DNA from: Polyangiaceae bacterium
GTDB lineage: Bacteria; Myxococcota_A; Polyangia; Polyangiales; Polyangiaceae
DNA: 64,000 bases
Assembly: GCA_050287085.1 (NCBI GenBank)
Contig: JBNKBE010000008.1
Span: 64,008-128,007 of the forward strand
Direction of reading: 5' to 3'
This document shows positions 10,676 to 20,865 of this stretch, piece by piece (position 1 is the first letter of the stretch; every line of letters starts with the position of its first letter). The position numbers and the translations under genes were made by a program. The notes under the pieces were generated by a model. The model saw only the letters and a list, made by a program, of their open reading frames with translations, ran no database searches and was not told the DNA's origin.

Positions 10676-11793
10676 TCCCTTACGTTCGCGGCAGCCTGAG
10701 GGGCAAGGAGCAGTTCGACTGGCCCCTATTCTTGGCGATTCTCGGGATCGCAGTGGTAGGGGTGGTCAATCTCTACAGCGCGACGAGCCCGTATATCGAA
10801 GTCCAGAACAAAACGGGGCTTGCCGACGTCTACGTCTCGCAAGTCTATTGGCTTGTGGTGGGCGGACTGCTCGGGATCGCCGTGGCACTGGTCGACTACC
10901 GGAACTTCGAGCGACTCGCGTATGTCCTATACGGCGCTGGGATCGTGTCTTTGGTCCTGGTCTTCGTCTTAGCTTCCGATGTGCGGGGTGCGTCTCGCTG
11001 GATCAAACTGGGCAGCTTCGCGTTTCAGCCGAGCGAGTTCATGAAACTCGCGGTGATCGTGGCTGTGGCGCGTTTTCTCGCCGACGATCTGAAGACCGAG
11101 GCGCGGACCCTCTTCGACCTTCTTCCGGCAGGGCTTCTCTGCGGTCTGCCCGCCGCCTTGGTGATGGCGCAGCCCGACTTCGGGACATCCACCATCTATG
11201 CGCTCAGCGTTGCATGCATGCTGGCGATGACACGCATCCGCGTGATGAGTGTTGTCTGGCTTGCCTCCGCGCTGGTGCTTTCGGTCCCGATCTTGTGGCT
11301 CTACGTTCTACGTGACTACCAGAAGGGGCGGGTGCTCAGCTTCATCAATCCCGCCAAGGATATCGCAGGCACGGGCTGGCATGCCTTCCAGTCTCAGACG
11401 GCGATCGGCAACGGTGGCTTGTGGGGCGCTGGCTTTCGCGAAGGCACGCAGAATCAGTTTGGTTTCTTGCCGGACCAGTACTCGGACTTCCCGTTCTCGG
11501 TGTTTGCAGAAGACTGGGGCTTCGTTGGCTGCGTGCTCCTGCTTGCGCTCTATGGCTTTGTCTGTGTCTGGTCGATCAAGATTGCCAGTATGGCCAAGGA
11601 CAAGTTCGGCGCCGCCGTTGCCATCGGGGTTGGGTCGATGTTCTTCTTCCACACCGCCTTCAATGTGGGCATGGTGGTCGGACTCCTTCCGGTGGTGGGC
11701 ATCACCTTGCCTCTGTTTTCCTATGGCGGATCGAGCTCGATCACCACGTTGATCGGCCTCGGACTGTTGATGAATATCTCGAGTCGGCGCTAG
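10672..11793 (+). CDS. rodA: SEDS glycosyltransferase RodA
   Basis: GASRWI, FQPSEF, QPDFGT, GITLPLFSYGGSS; GTGA overlap with the mrdA stop. Confidence 0.96.
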   Translation: MIPYVRGSLRGKEQFDWPLFLAILGIAVVGVVNLYSATSPYIEVQNKTGLADVYVSQVYWLVVGGLLGIAVALVDYRNFERLAYVLYGAGIVSLVLVFVLASDVRGASRWIKLGSFAFQPSEFMKLAVIVAVARFLADDLKTEARTLFDLLPAGLLCGLPAALVMAQPDFGTSTIYALSVACMLAMTRIRVMSVVWLASALVLSVPILWLYVLRDYQKGRVLSFINPAKDIAGTGWHAFQSQTAIGNGGLWGAGFREGTQNQFGFLPDQYSDFPFSVFAEDWGFVGCVLLLALYGFVCVWSIKIASMAKDKFGAAVAIGVGSMFFFHTAFNVGMVVGLLPVVGITLPLFSYGGSSSITTLIGLGLLMNISSRR

Positions 11794-11817
11794 CTCGTCG
11801 CTGTGCGCCCCGAGCTG

Positions 11818-11854
11818 CTCCAGTAGCCCTGCGGTCCTCCAGTAGCCCTGCGGT
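11818..11854. repeat. 19-bp-period direct duplication downstream of rodA
   Basis: ctccagtagccctgcggt at 11818 and again at 11837. Confidence 0.85.
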
Positions 11855-11990
11855 GCTCGCTTCTCACGCGCCCACCTCGCGGCGGCCTCGACCGGCTCGC
11901 GAATGACTTCTCATCCGCGGGCCCAAGGTGGGCTCCTGCTGCTCGACAAGCCCATGCGCCCACGTTGGCCGCGCACGGGCTCGGATGGCG

Positions 11991-14900
11991 TTATTCGTCG
12001 AGGCGAAAGAGCTCTTCCAGATCGGCGCGGCTGAGCTTCTTGGAACCACCGCTGTCGGCGCTCAGGACAGAGGAGACGAGCTCTCGCTTCTTTTCTTTGA
12101 GCTGCAAGATCTTCTCTTCGATGGTGCCCTCCGCGACCAAGCGATAGACCGTGACCACACGCTTCTGGCCGATGCGGTGGGCACGGTCGGACGCTTGGTC
12201 CTCGACGGCTGGATTCCACCAGGGGTCAAAGTGGATGACGGTGTCTGCGGCTGTTAGGTTGAGGCCTGCGCCGCCTGCTTTCAAACTGATGAGAAAGACG
12301 GAGATGGTGGGGTCTGTTTGGAAGTTCTCGATGGCCTGATGGCGGTCCTTCGTAGAGCCGTCTAGGTATTCATACTTCACCTTGTCTTCGACGAGGGCCG
12401 TGCGAATCAGCTGAAGCATGGTGACGAACTGGCTGAAGATGAGCACTTTGTGCCCGCCTTCCTCTGCTTCATTGACCAGTTCCCGCAAGGCCATGAGTTT
12501 CGCGCTATCGGTGTCCTTGAACTCTCGAGGCAAGCCCAGTAGTCGAGGATCGCATGCGGCTTGGCGCAGCTTAGTCAGGCCCGCAAGAATGTGCAGCTGG
12601 CTCTTGCCGATGCCGGATTTCTCGACCTCGCCCATGACTTGCTCGCGAACTTCTCGCAAGATCTGGCCGTACACGGCCTTCTGATCGGGTGCCATGTCGA
12701 TGACCTTGTCGCTCTCGATCTTCGGCGGCAGGTCGTCGGCCACTTCGAGTTTTGTTCGACGTAGAATGAAGGGGTGAATTACCGCGCGGAGACGCGATGC
12801 AGCCTTGGCGTCGCCTTGGTCGATAGGGCGAGCGAAGCGCTCTTCGAACTTGTTGAGCGGGCCCAACAGACCGGGACTGACGAACTCGAAGATCGACCAG
12901 ATTTCGCTGAGCCTATTCTCGATCGGGGTACCGGTCAGTGCAAGACGGCGTCTTGAGTTCAGCTCGCGTGCTGCCAGCGCGGTGGCGCTCTCAGGGTTCT
13001 TGATATTCTGCGCTTCGTCCAAAATAGCGTAGTCGAGATCGATCTTGGTGAGCAGCTGAATGTCCCGACGCAGCAAGGCGTAGCTGGTGATGATGACGTT
13101 GGCCGATAGCAACTCTTCCTGTTGGTCTTTGCGGCCGGCGCCGTGCCACATGGCGACGCTTAGGGTAGGAGCGAAGCGGGCGATCTCCCGTTGCCAGTTG
13201 CCGACAACGCTGGTCGGCGCCACGATCAGTGAGCAAAGCGTCTTCTGGTCCTGTTTGACGCTCAGCAGCAGGGCAATAGTCTGAATGGTCTTGCCCAAGC
13301 CCATGTCATCGGCAAGGACACCCCCCGAGGCAATGTCGTGCACGAAACGAAGCCAGGACAGGCCTTGCTCCTGATAGGGGCGCAGCGTTGCCTTGAGCGT
13401 GCGCGGCTTCTTGACCTTCTTGATTTCGTCGATATTGCCGAGTTTTTCGAAGAGCTTCTTCGTGGTGGCGCTCACGCTCTGAATGTCCGCGCGGGCGAGG
13501 AGCTCCTGGACGCGACCCGCTTGCGATAGCGGTATTCGTCCTTGTTTGTTGGCGGCAGCGATGAGCTCCATCTCACGATCCACGAGCTGAGCGACAGTGC
13601 GCGGGTCTATGGGCGCGTAGGAGTTGTCGCTCAGTCGCACGTACTTGGAGCCCTCGCGCAAGCATCGTTCGAGTTCCCGTCGGTCGACGCCAATGCCTTC
13701 GCTTTCGTAAGAAATCTGGAGAGATAGCCAGTCGACGCCGCTGGATACGCGGGCGTTCATCTGCACTGTCTTGTTGCGAATCTCGGCGCCGACCAGGTTT
13801 TCTGGGACGAATAGATCCCAGCTCTCCGGTAGACTGCCAACGCCCTCGGACCAGAAACGGATTGCGTCGTCGCCGCGCGCGATGAAGCTCTCACCCGACT
13901 CGTCGGGTTGAAGACCGAGGCCCACGAGGGTTTGTGCAGCGCTTTGTTGCGCTACGATATCGGTCCGGACGCAGCTGGCGCGGTCCTGACCCGGTTCCGG
14001 TGGTTGGATGATGATGGGCGGTGATATTCCGTCGGCGCGGACCTCCACCTCGAGATCTCCATAGGCGGCGCGGAGCGATACCTCGGCTTCGAGCAAGCTT
14101 CCGGACGCACGCATGCGAAACGTGGGGGGGAGGTCCACGACATCTGCGACTTGTGAGAGGTCCGGCAAGGGCGCTCCGACCTCGAAGGCGATCCGCGGCA
14201 AGCCGTCGGCGATGAGTGAAATCAGGTCGGACGCTGGCTCCGCAATGGTAGGGCTCTTGAGCAAACGTCGCAGCGCGGAGGGTGAAAGCTTGTCGTCGAG
14301 CGGGCGAGCGATACCCTCGTTGGTATCGATATGCCAGCCCGGGGCGCCTTCAAACCAGCCCCCCTGTGAGAGTGGAAAACGGCGTCCGTCACCTTTGGCT
14401 CGGGCGAATACAACCTTGGCGACGATCGTGTCGCGTCCCACCATCTCCAATTCGAATTGCGGTCGGAGCGCATCGTTTTCGAATCTCAGCTGCATGAGCG
14501 CCGGTTCGAGCAACACGCTGCGCCCTTCGAGCAGCGGTAGCAGTTCTGCAGCGTCTTCCCCCCGTACATCCACCGCTGGATGACGTGGGTTGCCGCTTTC
14601 GAAGCGAGCGAGGAGCCTCAGCGCGTCGCGGTCAGGCGTCGGCGCGAGCGCCTGCCACGCCAATGCGACACTGGGCAGCAAGGGCACGCGGCCCTCCACG
14701 TCCAGTACCGTGATGGTCAGGCCCCCCTGTCGGACGTGCGCTCGATACTCCAACTTGAGACGGCGGACCATTCCGGGCGGTGCCAACCACGCGCCGATCC
14801 CAGTCGGGCTTGCGGTGGCGTCCGGGTTGGGTAGGGTCACACCCGGGGGTACTGCGAGAGGCTGCTGCTGAGCTCGTCGTCGTCGTTCACGCCGGCGCGA

Positions 14901-15293
14901 CGACTTCGAGTCTGCACTCTGAGGCGAAAGGGTCGGCGCCGGCGGTTGTGCTTGCTGAGGGGGCGGAACCGGACGCGGGGCTTTGGCACGCGCCTCGTTT
15001 CGCACCGTGATCAACAGGGAAGCGATGTGCTTGCAGTGCTGCTGACTTTTCTGGTGAGCGGGGCAGGTGCAATCGCCAGTGATGCCATTGTCGCCCATGA
15101 AGACTCGAACGACGTAGGGCTCTGGATCAGAGCCGCGCACCTCGCCGGTCGCAACCCCGTCGTTGACCTTGACGCTTTCGACAACGCCCCGCTTCGAGTA
15201 GTCCAACCCGCGCAGAAAAGTCCGCGCGCCAAGCAGCCGTCGAAGGCCGCGATCGGACAAGGTGGATAGTGAATCAGCAAGCGATGAGGACAA
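11991..15293 (-). CDS. SWIM zinc finger + SNF2-family helicase/ATPase
   Basis: CTC...HCKH SWIM; LRPYQ, LADDMGLGKT, DEAQ, LTGTPIEN, DRAHRIGQ. Confidence 0.95.
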   Translation of the reverse strand: MSSSLADSLSTLSDRGLRRLLGARTFLRGLDYSKRGVVESVKVNDGVATGEVRGSDPEPYVVRVFMGDNGITGDCTCPAHQKSQQHCKHIASLLITVRNEARAKAPRPVPPPQQAQPPAPTLSPQSADSKSSRRRERRRRAQQQPLAVPPGVTLPNPDATASPTGIGAWLAPPGMVRRLKLEYRAHVRQGGLTITVLDVEGRVPLLPSVALAWQALAPTPDRDALRLLARFESGNPRHPAVDVRGEDAAELLPLLEGRSVLLEPALMQLRFENDALRPQFELEMVGRDTIVAKVVFARAKGDGRRFPLSQGGWFEGAPGWHIDTNEGIARPLDDKLSPSALRRLLKSPTIAEPASDLISLIADGLPRIAFEVGAPLPDLSQVADVVDLPPTFRMRASGSLLEAEVSLRAAYGDLEVEVRADGISPPIIIQPPEPGQDRASCVRTDIVAQQSAAQTLVGLGLQPDESGESFIARGDDAIRFWSEGVGSLPESWDLFVPENLVGAEIRNKTVQMNARVSSGVDWLSLQISYESEGIGVDRRELERCLREGSKYVRLSDNSYAPIDPRTVAQLVDREMELIAAANKQGRIPLSQAGRVQELLARADIQSVSATTKKLFEKLGNIDEIKKVKKPRTLKATLRPYQEQGLSWLRFVHDIASGGVLADDMGLGKTIQTIALLLSVKQDQKTLCSLIVAPTSVVGNWQREIARFAPTLSVAMWHGAGRKDQQEELLSANVIITSYALLRRDIQLLTKIDLDYAILDEAQNIKNPESATALAARELNSRRRLALTGTPIENRLSEIWSIFEFVSPGLLGPLNKFEERFARPIDQGDAKAASRLRAVIHPFILRRTKLEVADDLPPKIESDKVIDMAPDQKAVYGQILREVREQVMGEVEKSGIGKSQLHILAGLTKLRQAACDPRLLGLPREFKDTDSAKLMALRELVNEAEEGGHKVLIFSQFVTMLQLIRTALVEDKVKYEYLDGSTKDRHQAIENFQTDPTISVFLISLKAGGAGLNLTAADTVIHFDPWWNPAVEDQASDRAHRIGQKRVVTVYRLVAEGTIEEKILQLKEKKRELVSSVLSADSGGSKKLSRADLEELFRLDE

Positions 15294-15487
15294 CGAGTTA
15301 CTCCAAAGTTGAAGAAATGGCTGCTACCCGGGATGCCGTGCGTGCTGCGGGTAGCGGGGGGCGACCAGCGAGCGATGCGTCGGGCTTGACCTGTCGTCGG
15401 CTACTCCCGGGGGAGTGAGCTTCTCGAGCGGGTGTTGCGGCAGGAGCGCGGAGGGAGTCAGAGGACAAGGGGTTGGGAGACCTAGGC

Positions 15488-17479
15488 TCAAGGCCGGAGC
15501 ATGAGGAATAGGGCGCCAGCGGCGACGATGGACTTGGCCAGAAGGGCCAGAGCGGAGGGAGAGAAGATGTCCGAGGGCGTGGCGGCAGCCCTGGGTGAGT
15601 CGCCACGTCGGGGTGTAGAGCCGAGTGGATGGGTTGTCGCAAGCAGGGCTGCGCCGACCGCGCACATGGCTCCCGTGAGCCCAATGCTAGGTAGCAGTGA
15701 CGACGCCTGCAAAGGCGCCAGCCACACCAGCAATCCCACGAATACCACCGGCACAGAGATGGCGATGGCTGTTAAGCTAACGGAAGCGATTGGCATGGCG
15801 TTCGCCGCATGGTGGACGTAGTACATGTATTGCGGACGAAAGCTCGCGCTCCCACCGGGTGCGGTGAACGTCTCGTCTGCTGCGCTCGGTGAGGAGGTGT
15901 GGCTCAAGTGGTCCTCCAGACGGCGGCGCGTCGTCATGCGATGATGGGTCAAACGCGCCAGGCAGCTCGCCCACCAGAAAGCTAGGAAGACCACGCCGGC
16001 TGCGAGCACGAGGGCTCCGGCGTAGTTGACGCTGAGGAGGTCGAAACCCCCGTGGCTCGCAAGCGAGCTGATGACGAAAGCCAGTGCAAGGGCGAGCCAG
16101 CCGTGTCGGGTGCGCCCCAAGCGAGCCAGCGCGAGCTCGCCCCCTCCTGCCGCGGCGAAGCGGTGGTTGTCGTCGGCGCTCAGCAAGGGGCGCACTATCG
16201 CCATGAGCTGAGCTGAGAGTTCGCCGGATAGGGCGATTGGATTGCTGGCAAATAGGCCTACCGCAAGCAACGCGAACGTCAGGGCAAGCGGCAAGGACGA
16301 GCTTGCTGCGAGGTATCCGGCGAGCCCGGCCGCCAGTAGCAGGACCGCGAAGCTGCCGCCCAATTCACGCGCACGGAGGGCCGCATCGGATAAGGTGGGG
16401 GCGCCGGCGCCTCCCAGACCCTGACCTGCCGGCGCTGCGAGGACCACCGTTGTGAGTGCCAGTTGCGCGATGACTCCGAGGCCTACAGCGCACCAAGCGG
16501 GAAACCAACCGGTGGCTCCCACCAGCAGCCGCGTTGAGCCGGCGGCGGCTAGGAGAGACAATAAGGCGTCAGCCAGGGCGGCGACGCGTGCGGTGACGAG
16601 CGCGGAGCTACTGCCTCCCAGGGCGACACCCTGCAGCAGTATCCCGCTGCCGAGCAACGACGCGGCCCGCAGCACAAGGGGCAGTCCCCACAACAGGTGT
16701 CTCACTTCCTGCGCGCCGAGCGCCAGGGTGGAGAGGGTGTAAAGCAGTAGGCTCGTGGCCAGGACCTCAACCAAACGAGCCGCGACACCGGCCACAGCGG
16801 GAGCCGCAAGTCTCACGAGCAACGTCGGATCCAACGTGGCATCTTCCCCCGCCTCGGGGGGGCTCCTCTCGCCGGCCGAGGAAGCTTCATATCCGGCCTG
16901 GGTCGTGCACACAAAAGCGGCCCCGCGCAGGTGAAGCAGGAGAGCTGTTGTCAGCGCACCGAAGGTCGCGCCGAGGAGCAACCAAGGGGCGGGCAAGAGG
17001 TGCGCAGAGGCTTCTGCGGGGACCTGGTGGGCCCCGAGGGCCAACAATAGGGCAAAGGCCTCTGCTGCCAGGAGCAGGCCGGCGCCAATCTTCCCCCCCA
17101 GGGTGAGCCTCCGTGGGGCGGACGCCGCTGAAGAACTGGCGCTCAGGGCAGCCCGCAGCAGTGCACTGCTGCCTATCCGCGCCAAACCTATCGCCGCCAG
17201 CGTTCCCGCGATGACCCCGGCCAGCAGCCACCCGCCGGCCTGAGACAAGGCGGAACCTGTCATCGCCAGCGAAAGGCTGAGACTGAGCACCACCAGCCCC
17301 ACAACGGACAGCAATGGGCGGCGCGTTCTGGCGAAGAAGACACCAGCGGCTTTGCCTGCTGCCTGCACCATACGCAGCTGTCGGCCGCTGGCTGGGTCGT
17401 AGGTGAGCAGTGAGCGTGCACACCCCAGCGCTGTCGCGAGGACGACTAGACTGAGCACGAAAGGGAAGAATGCAGGCAT
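15488..17479 (-). CDS. Membrane pyrophosphatase (HppA)-like polytopic protein with degenerate catalytic motifs
   Basis: 663 aa, many hydrophobic segments. Order of segments follows mPPases by eye (N-terminal helix, TRRRL~VRRQF, RPQY~KPDY, SALALLAK~SLNILIK) but the acidic motifs are missing. Confidence 0.6.
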   Translation of the reverse strand: MPAFFPFVLSLVVLATALGCARSLLTYDPASGRQLRMVQAAGKAAGVFFARTRRPLLSVVGLVVLSLSLSLAMTGSALSQAGGWLLAGVIAGTLAAIGLARIGSSALLRAALSASSSAASAPRRLTLGGKIGAGLLLAAEAFALLLALGAHQVPAEASAHLLPAPWLLLGATFGALTTALLLHLRGAAFVCTTQAGYEASSAGERSPPEAGEDATLDPTLLVRLAAPAVAGVAARLVEVLATSLLLYTLSTLALGAQEVRHLLWGLPLVLRAASLLGSGILLQGVALGGSSSALVTARVAALADALLSLLAAAGSTRLLVGATGWFPAWCAVGLGVIAQLALTTVVLAAPAGQGLGGAGAPTLSDAALRARELGGSFAVLLLAAGLAGYLAASSSLPLALTFALLAVGLFASNPIALSGELSAQLMAIVRPLLSADDNHRFAAAGGGELALARLGRTRHGWLALALAFVISSLASHGGFDLLSVNYAGALVLAAGVVFLAFWWASCLARLTHHRMTTRRRLEDHLSHTSSPSAADETFTAPGGSASFRPQYMYYVHHAANAMPIASVSLTAIAISVPVVFVGLLVWLAPLQASSLLPSIGLTGAMCAVGAALLATTHPLGSTPRRGDSPRAAATPSDIFSPSALALLAKSIVAAGALFLMLRP

Positions 17480-18111
17480 AGGAGCGCAGCAGAAGGTGCC
17501 GTTACGGGCGACACGGGGCGCACCCGTTTTGGCTGGCCACAGGCCTTTGCCAGCAAGCTGGATGTGGATTGCGGCCGATCCGGCGCGGAACGCCGACCGT
17601 TGACGGGTCGAAAACCAACCGGGTTGCGGAGCACACGGCCCGGTCTCGATGCCAGCGCCAGCGCCAGCCGATCACCCGAGACCGCGTTGAGTTTTTCAAG
17701 GCATCAAATCAGATGTCGGACTAGGGACAAGCAGACCTTGTACTCCTCCGGCATCCACGTCCGGCAAACCGGACTCACCGACCATTAGGTAGACAGCAGA
17801 GCCTTGCCTATGACGTCAGCTCCCTGCCGTAACATGAACCGGCCTTGGCTTAGACATGCACGGAATCGCATTCGCAACACCGTTCTGCTTGGGCAAAGAC
17901 CTGCGGCGGGCTAGGGTTCGGTGGGCGTTGTAGCGCCACGCCCAAGGCGCTGACCGAAACCGCGTTCTGCGCCCGCCGCCCTGACGTTTGGTAGCAGCTT
18001 GAAAGGGGAGGTGCAATAAACAAAAATCGCCATCGTGCCATGAGGAGCGGGTTTGAGCGCTGGCCGCCCGCGCCGCTCGGCTCAAGCCTGCGAGCCGGGG
18101 CGGCCCGTCCC

Positions 18112-18714
18112 CTAGTGCCGCTGCATGACCATCAGGTGATAGCGGCCGTACTCGCTCTGCCCGAGCGTGAAGAGCACCTCGATGAACAGCCGCCAAGGCG
18201 TCGTTTCATCCGCGATGATCACCGCCTCAGACATCGACGTATCTTCACCCGCTGCGCCGCGAACGAGCTTGTCCGTGTTGCGCGCGTCGAGCAGAGCGTT
18301 GCCCAAAGGGACGATGTAGAGGTCACCTGGACCGCCGCGCTTGTACTTGGCCCCGGCACCGGTCCGGACCTGCTCCGTGCGCACGGGAAGCTCCAACACC
18401 GGGGTATCACCCACGAGAATTTGGCTCTTGGTGATGACTACCTTCACGCCCTCCTGCGTCGGCTCGGTGCGCAGCACGCTCGTCGGCAAGCGGAGATCTT
18501 CGCTCTGGGGTACCGAGGTGCTCGACTCACCCAACGTCTTGAGCAGAAAGACGAGGATGATCGTCATGATGTCGAGCATCGCGGTGATGTTCAGAAAGTT
18601 CACGTCCGGCTCATGCGCGTTACGCCGGATGGCGCGTCTCAACGCCGCCTTGTATTGTGCCTTGCTGGCGCGCTCGGCGGGCGCCTTGCCGCGAAGGGAC
18701 GAGGAGCGCGCCAC
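18112..18714 (-). CDS. ExbD/TolR-family motor subunit (AglS-like paralogue)
   Basis: LNITAMLDIMTIILVFLL TM with conserved Asp; IIADETTPW periplasmic motif. Confidence 0.9.
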   Translation of the reverse strand: MARSSSLRGKAPAERASKAQYKAALRRAIRRNAHEPDVNFLNITAMLDIMTIILVFLLKTLGESSTSVPQSEDLRLPTSVLRTEPTQEGVKVVITKSQILVGDTPVLELPVRTEQVRTGAGAKYKRGGPGDLYIVPLGNALLDARNTDKLVRGAAGEDTSMSEAVIIADETTPWRLFIEVLFTLGQSEYGRYHLMVMQRH

Positions 18715-18715
18715 G

Positions 18716-19267
18716 TTACTTGCTCACCTTGAAGGCAACCGACGGAAACAAGATCTCGCCGGTCGGCGTGTTGCGCAGCGCGTCGATCACATCCACAATC
18801 GCAGAGTAGGGGATATCGGGATTGGCCGACACGTAAGCTTGCTCCTCTTCGCTATACTCCGGCGTTGACGACTTGAGCTCTCGGGCGCAGCGCTGAAGGC
18901 CTTGCAGATCATAGCCGGTGCTCGTGTTCGGAAGGGTCAGACCCGCGCCACGTCCCACGCAGCCGGGGCCCACGTTGCCCCCTTCGGCCTTGACGGCAAG
19001 CCCGTCGCTAACGACGAGCACGGTGAGTCCCAACGTCTTCTTGGGCGTTTCGTCGCGCACGCCCGAGCCCCCAGCTCCCGGGGGCGTGGTTTCGATCGAC
19101 GTCGTGAAAGTGACTGCGACCGTCGCAAGCACGAAGATCAGAATGTTCACGACAATGTCCAAGAAGGGGACGATGTTGAGTTCACCGCCCTCTTCGTCTG
19201 GAGAAAGCTCACGCGGCTGAGAGAGGCGCCGGATACGAGCTCGTTGTGCGGCAGAAAGTTTCGCCAT
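18716..19267 (-). CDS. ExbD/TolR-family motor subunit (AglQ-like paralogue)
   Basis: ELNIVPFLDIVVNILIF; ANPDIPYSAIVDVIDALR. Confidence 0.9.
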   Translation of the reverse strand: MAKLSAAQRARIRRLSQPRELSPDEEGGELNIVPFLDIVVNILIFVLATVAVTFTTSIETTPPGAGGSGVRDETPKKTLGLTVLVVSDGLAVKAEGGNVGPGCVGRGAGLTLPNTSTGYDLQGLQRCARELKSSTPEYSEEEQAYVSANPDIPYSAIVDVIDALRNTPTGEILFPSVAFKVSK

Positions 19268-19297
19268 GCCGGCTGATAGATGCTGAAAAACGCGCTC

Positions 19298-19969
19298 TCA
19301 GCGCGGAGCGCCAATCGTCAGCAGATTGAAGGTCTTCTCCATGATGCTCTCGAGATCGTGTTGAATCGCCTTCACGCGGGTATGTAGGATTATGTGGGTA
19401 ATCATGCAGAATACCGCGATGCCCAATCCCAGTGACGTGTTGTACATCGCCTCGGCGATACCGTTCGAGAGCATGGCTTGCTTCTTAGCCTGGCTGAGCC
19501 CTGGAGCTCCGATCGACGCAAAGGTCTGAATCAGGCCGCTTACGGTGCCGAGCAATCCGATCAGGGTTGCGATGTTGGCGAGCGACCATAGTGCGCCAAC
19601 TCGCTTTTCTGCTTCGGGCTTGAGTTCGCTCAGCTTCTCACTGAGCGCTGCGTCGATTTCCTCTTCGCCCTTATTGGAGTTCGTGAGCCCCGCGCGAACA
19701 AGCTGAAGCACAGGGTAGTCGCCCGCCTCGCAAAGCTTGATAGCGCGGTCGATGCTGCCCGCAGTGACCAGCTTCTTGATCTGTCCGAAGAACTCCCCCG
19801 AATTGACGCGATAGCGCCGCAGTTGGAAGGTGAACCGCTCCACGACAATGGTCAGCACGACAAGCGAGCAGAAAAGGTTCAAGACCATGAACGTGGGGTT
19901 GTGCCGGAAGGCCTCTGCCAATGAGCCGGCTCCGCCGCCCGGTTGTGCGGCAAAAAGGAGCGAATGCAT
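19298..19969 (-). CDS. MotA/TolQ/ExbB proton channel (AglR-like paralogue)
   Basis: IVVERF, ATLIGLLGTVSGLI, GIAEAMYNTSLGL. Confidence 0.92.
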   Translation of the reverse strand: MHSLLFAAQPGGGAGSLAEAFRHNPTFMVLNLFCSLVVLTIVVERFTFQLRRYRVNSGEFFGQIKKLVTAGSIDRAIKLCEAGDYPVLQLVRAGLTNSNKGEEEIDAALSEKLSELKPEAEKRVGALWSLANIATLIGLLGTVSGLIQTFASIGAPGLSQAKKQAMLSNGIAEAMYNTSLGLGIAVFCMITHIILHTRVKAIQHDLESIMEKTFNLLTIGAPR

Positions 19970-20655
19970 ATACCGTAATTTCCCTTCCTCTCAGAGCTGG
20001 GCGTTCGCGGGTGAGGTGTAGCTGGAAGCGGACCGCATGGCTAGCCCTCGCGATCCCACAACTAGGCAAATAGCGTCGGTGTGCCAGAGGCCCTGACAAC
20101 CCATGCCGGACGCTTGCGTAAATATAACCGTCGCGCCACCCGTGCCTGCAGGCACCGAGCTTGGCAAATGGTCCCCATCGGACAAATGCCACTCATTGGA
20201 TGAGTGCTGTTGGGGCGCGCCTTGGTTTGGGTTCACAGTCACCAGCGGTACTAATACAGCTATATAGCCATCGCGACTTGCTCGGGGCAAGCTGGAGCAG
20301 GGGCCGGTGTTTCACCCGCACGCTCCTCGCGTCCACTGTGTGGCGCAACGGCCGAGCCAAGAGCAGCATAAGCGCGGCTCCGAATGCTGCTGCGCCGTTC
20401 ATGATCGACAGCAATGAGAAGCGAGGCCAATGGGCCGCTGAGCTCGCGCGCCTGGTTCGCCAGGGAGCGCGCGGAAACGGCCCGGCGCCTACCATTGCTG
20501 ATTCCCGCGCCAGCCAACTCCTTTAGTATCTCTAGAAAGAGCAGATTCCTCTCAGAACGGACTAGGCACCCACTTCCCGACCTAGTAGATGGATTCCTCG
20601 CTCGGGGCGCATCCCGGCCGGGTGGTGGTAATGGGGTCGGTTGGCTACATGCACG

Positions 20656-20762
20656 GCGCGGTTCATAAGGTCAGCGCAGTTTCCAAGATCAGCGCAGTTC
20701 ATAAGGTCAGCGCAGTCTCCAAGTTCGGCGCAGGCTACTTCCATCGCAGTCTACTTCCATCG
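20656..20762. repeat. Compound tandem repeat: 4 x 18 bp (ABAB) followed by 2 x 16 bp
   Basis: gcgcggttcataaggtca/gcgcagtttccaagatca/gcgcagttcataaggtca/gcgcagtctccaagttcg then gcaggctacttccatc/gcagtctacttccatc. Confidence 0.9.
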
Positions 20763-20865
20763 TCCCGCTCCCGTCTGTAAGACACTGGCTCAGCAAGGCA
20801 TCCCATGCCGGGCCCGAATTAGAACACGGCTCCAGGGTCGGTTCACACAGGATAAGCCCTCAAAA

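Noticed and set aside
17757..17776. c-di-GMP-I riboswitch (ggcaaacc)
   Set aside because: Only a simple hairpin; the GAAA-capped stem and GCAAAGC junction are missing.
17911..17965. ykkC/guanidine-I riboswitch (ctagggttc start)
   Set aside because: The conserved 3' AAAAGCCCGG element is absent and no suitable downstream gene is on that strand.
20065..20086. Sigma-54 promoter for the left motor operon (TGGCAC on minus strand)
   Set aside because: The GC dinucleotide is one base off the strict -24/-12 spacing.
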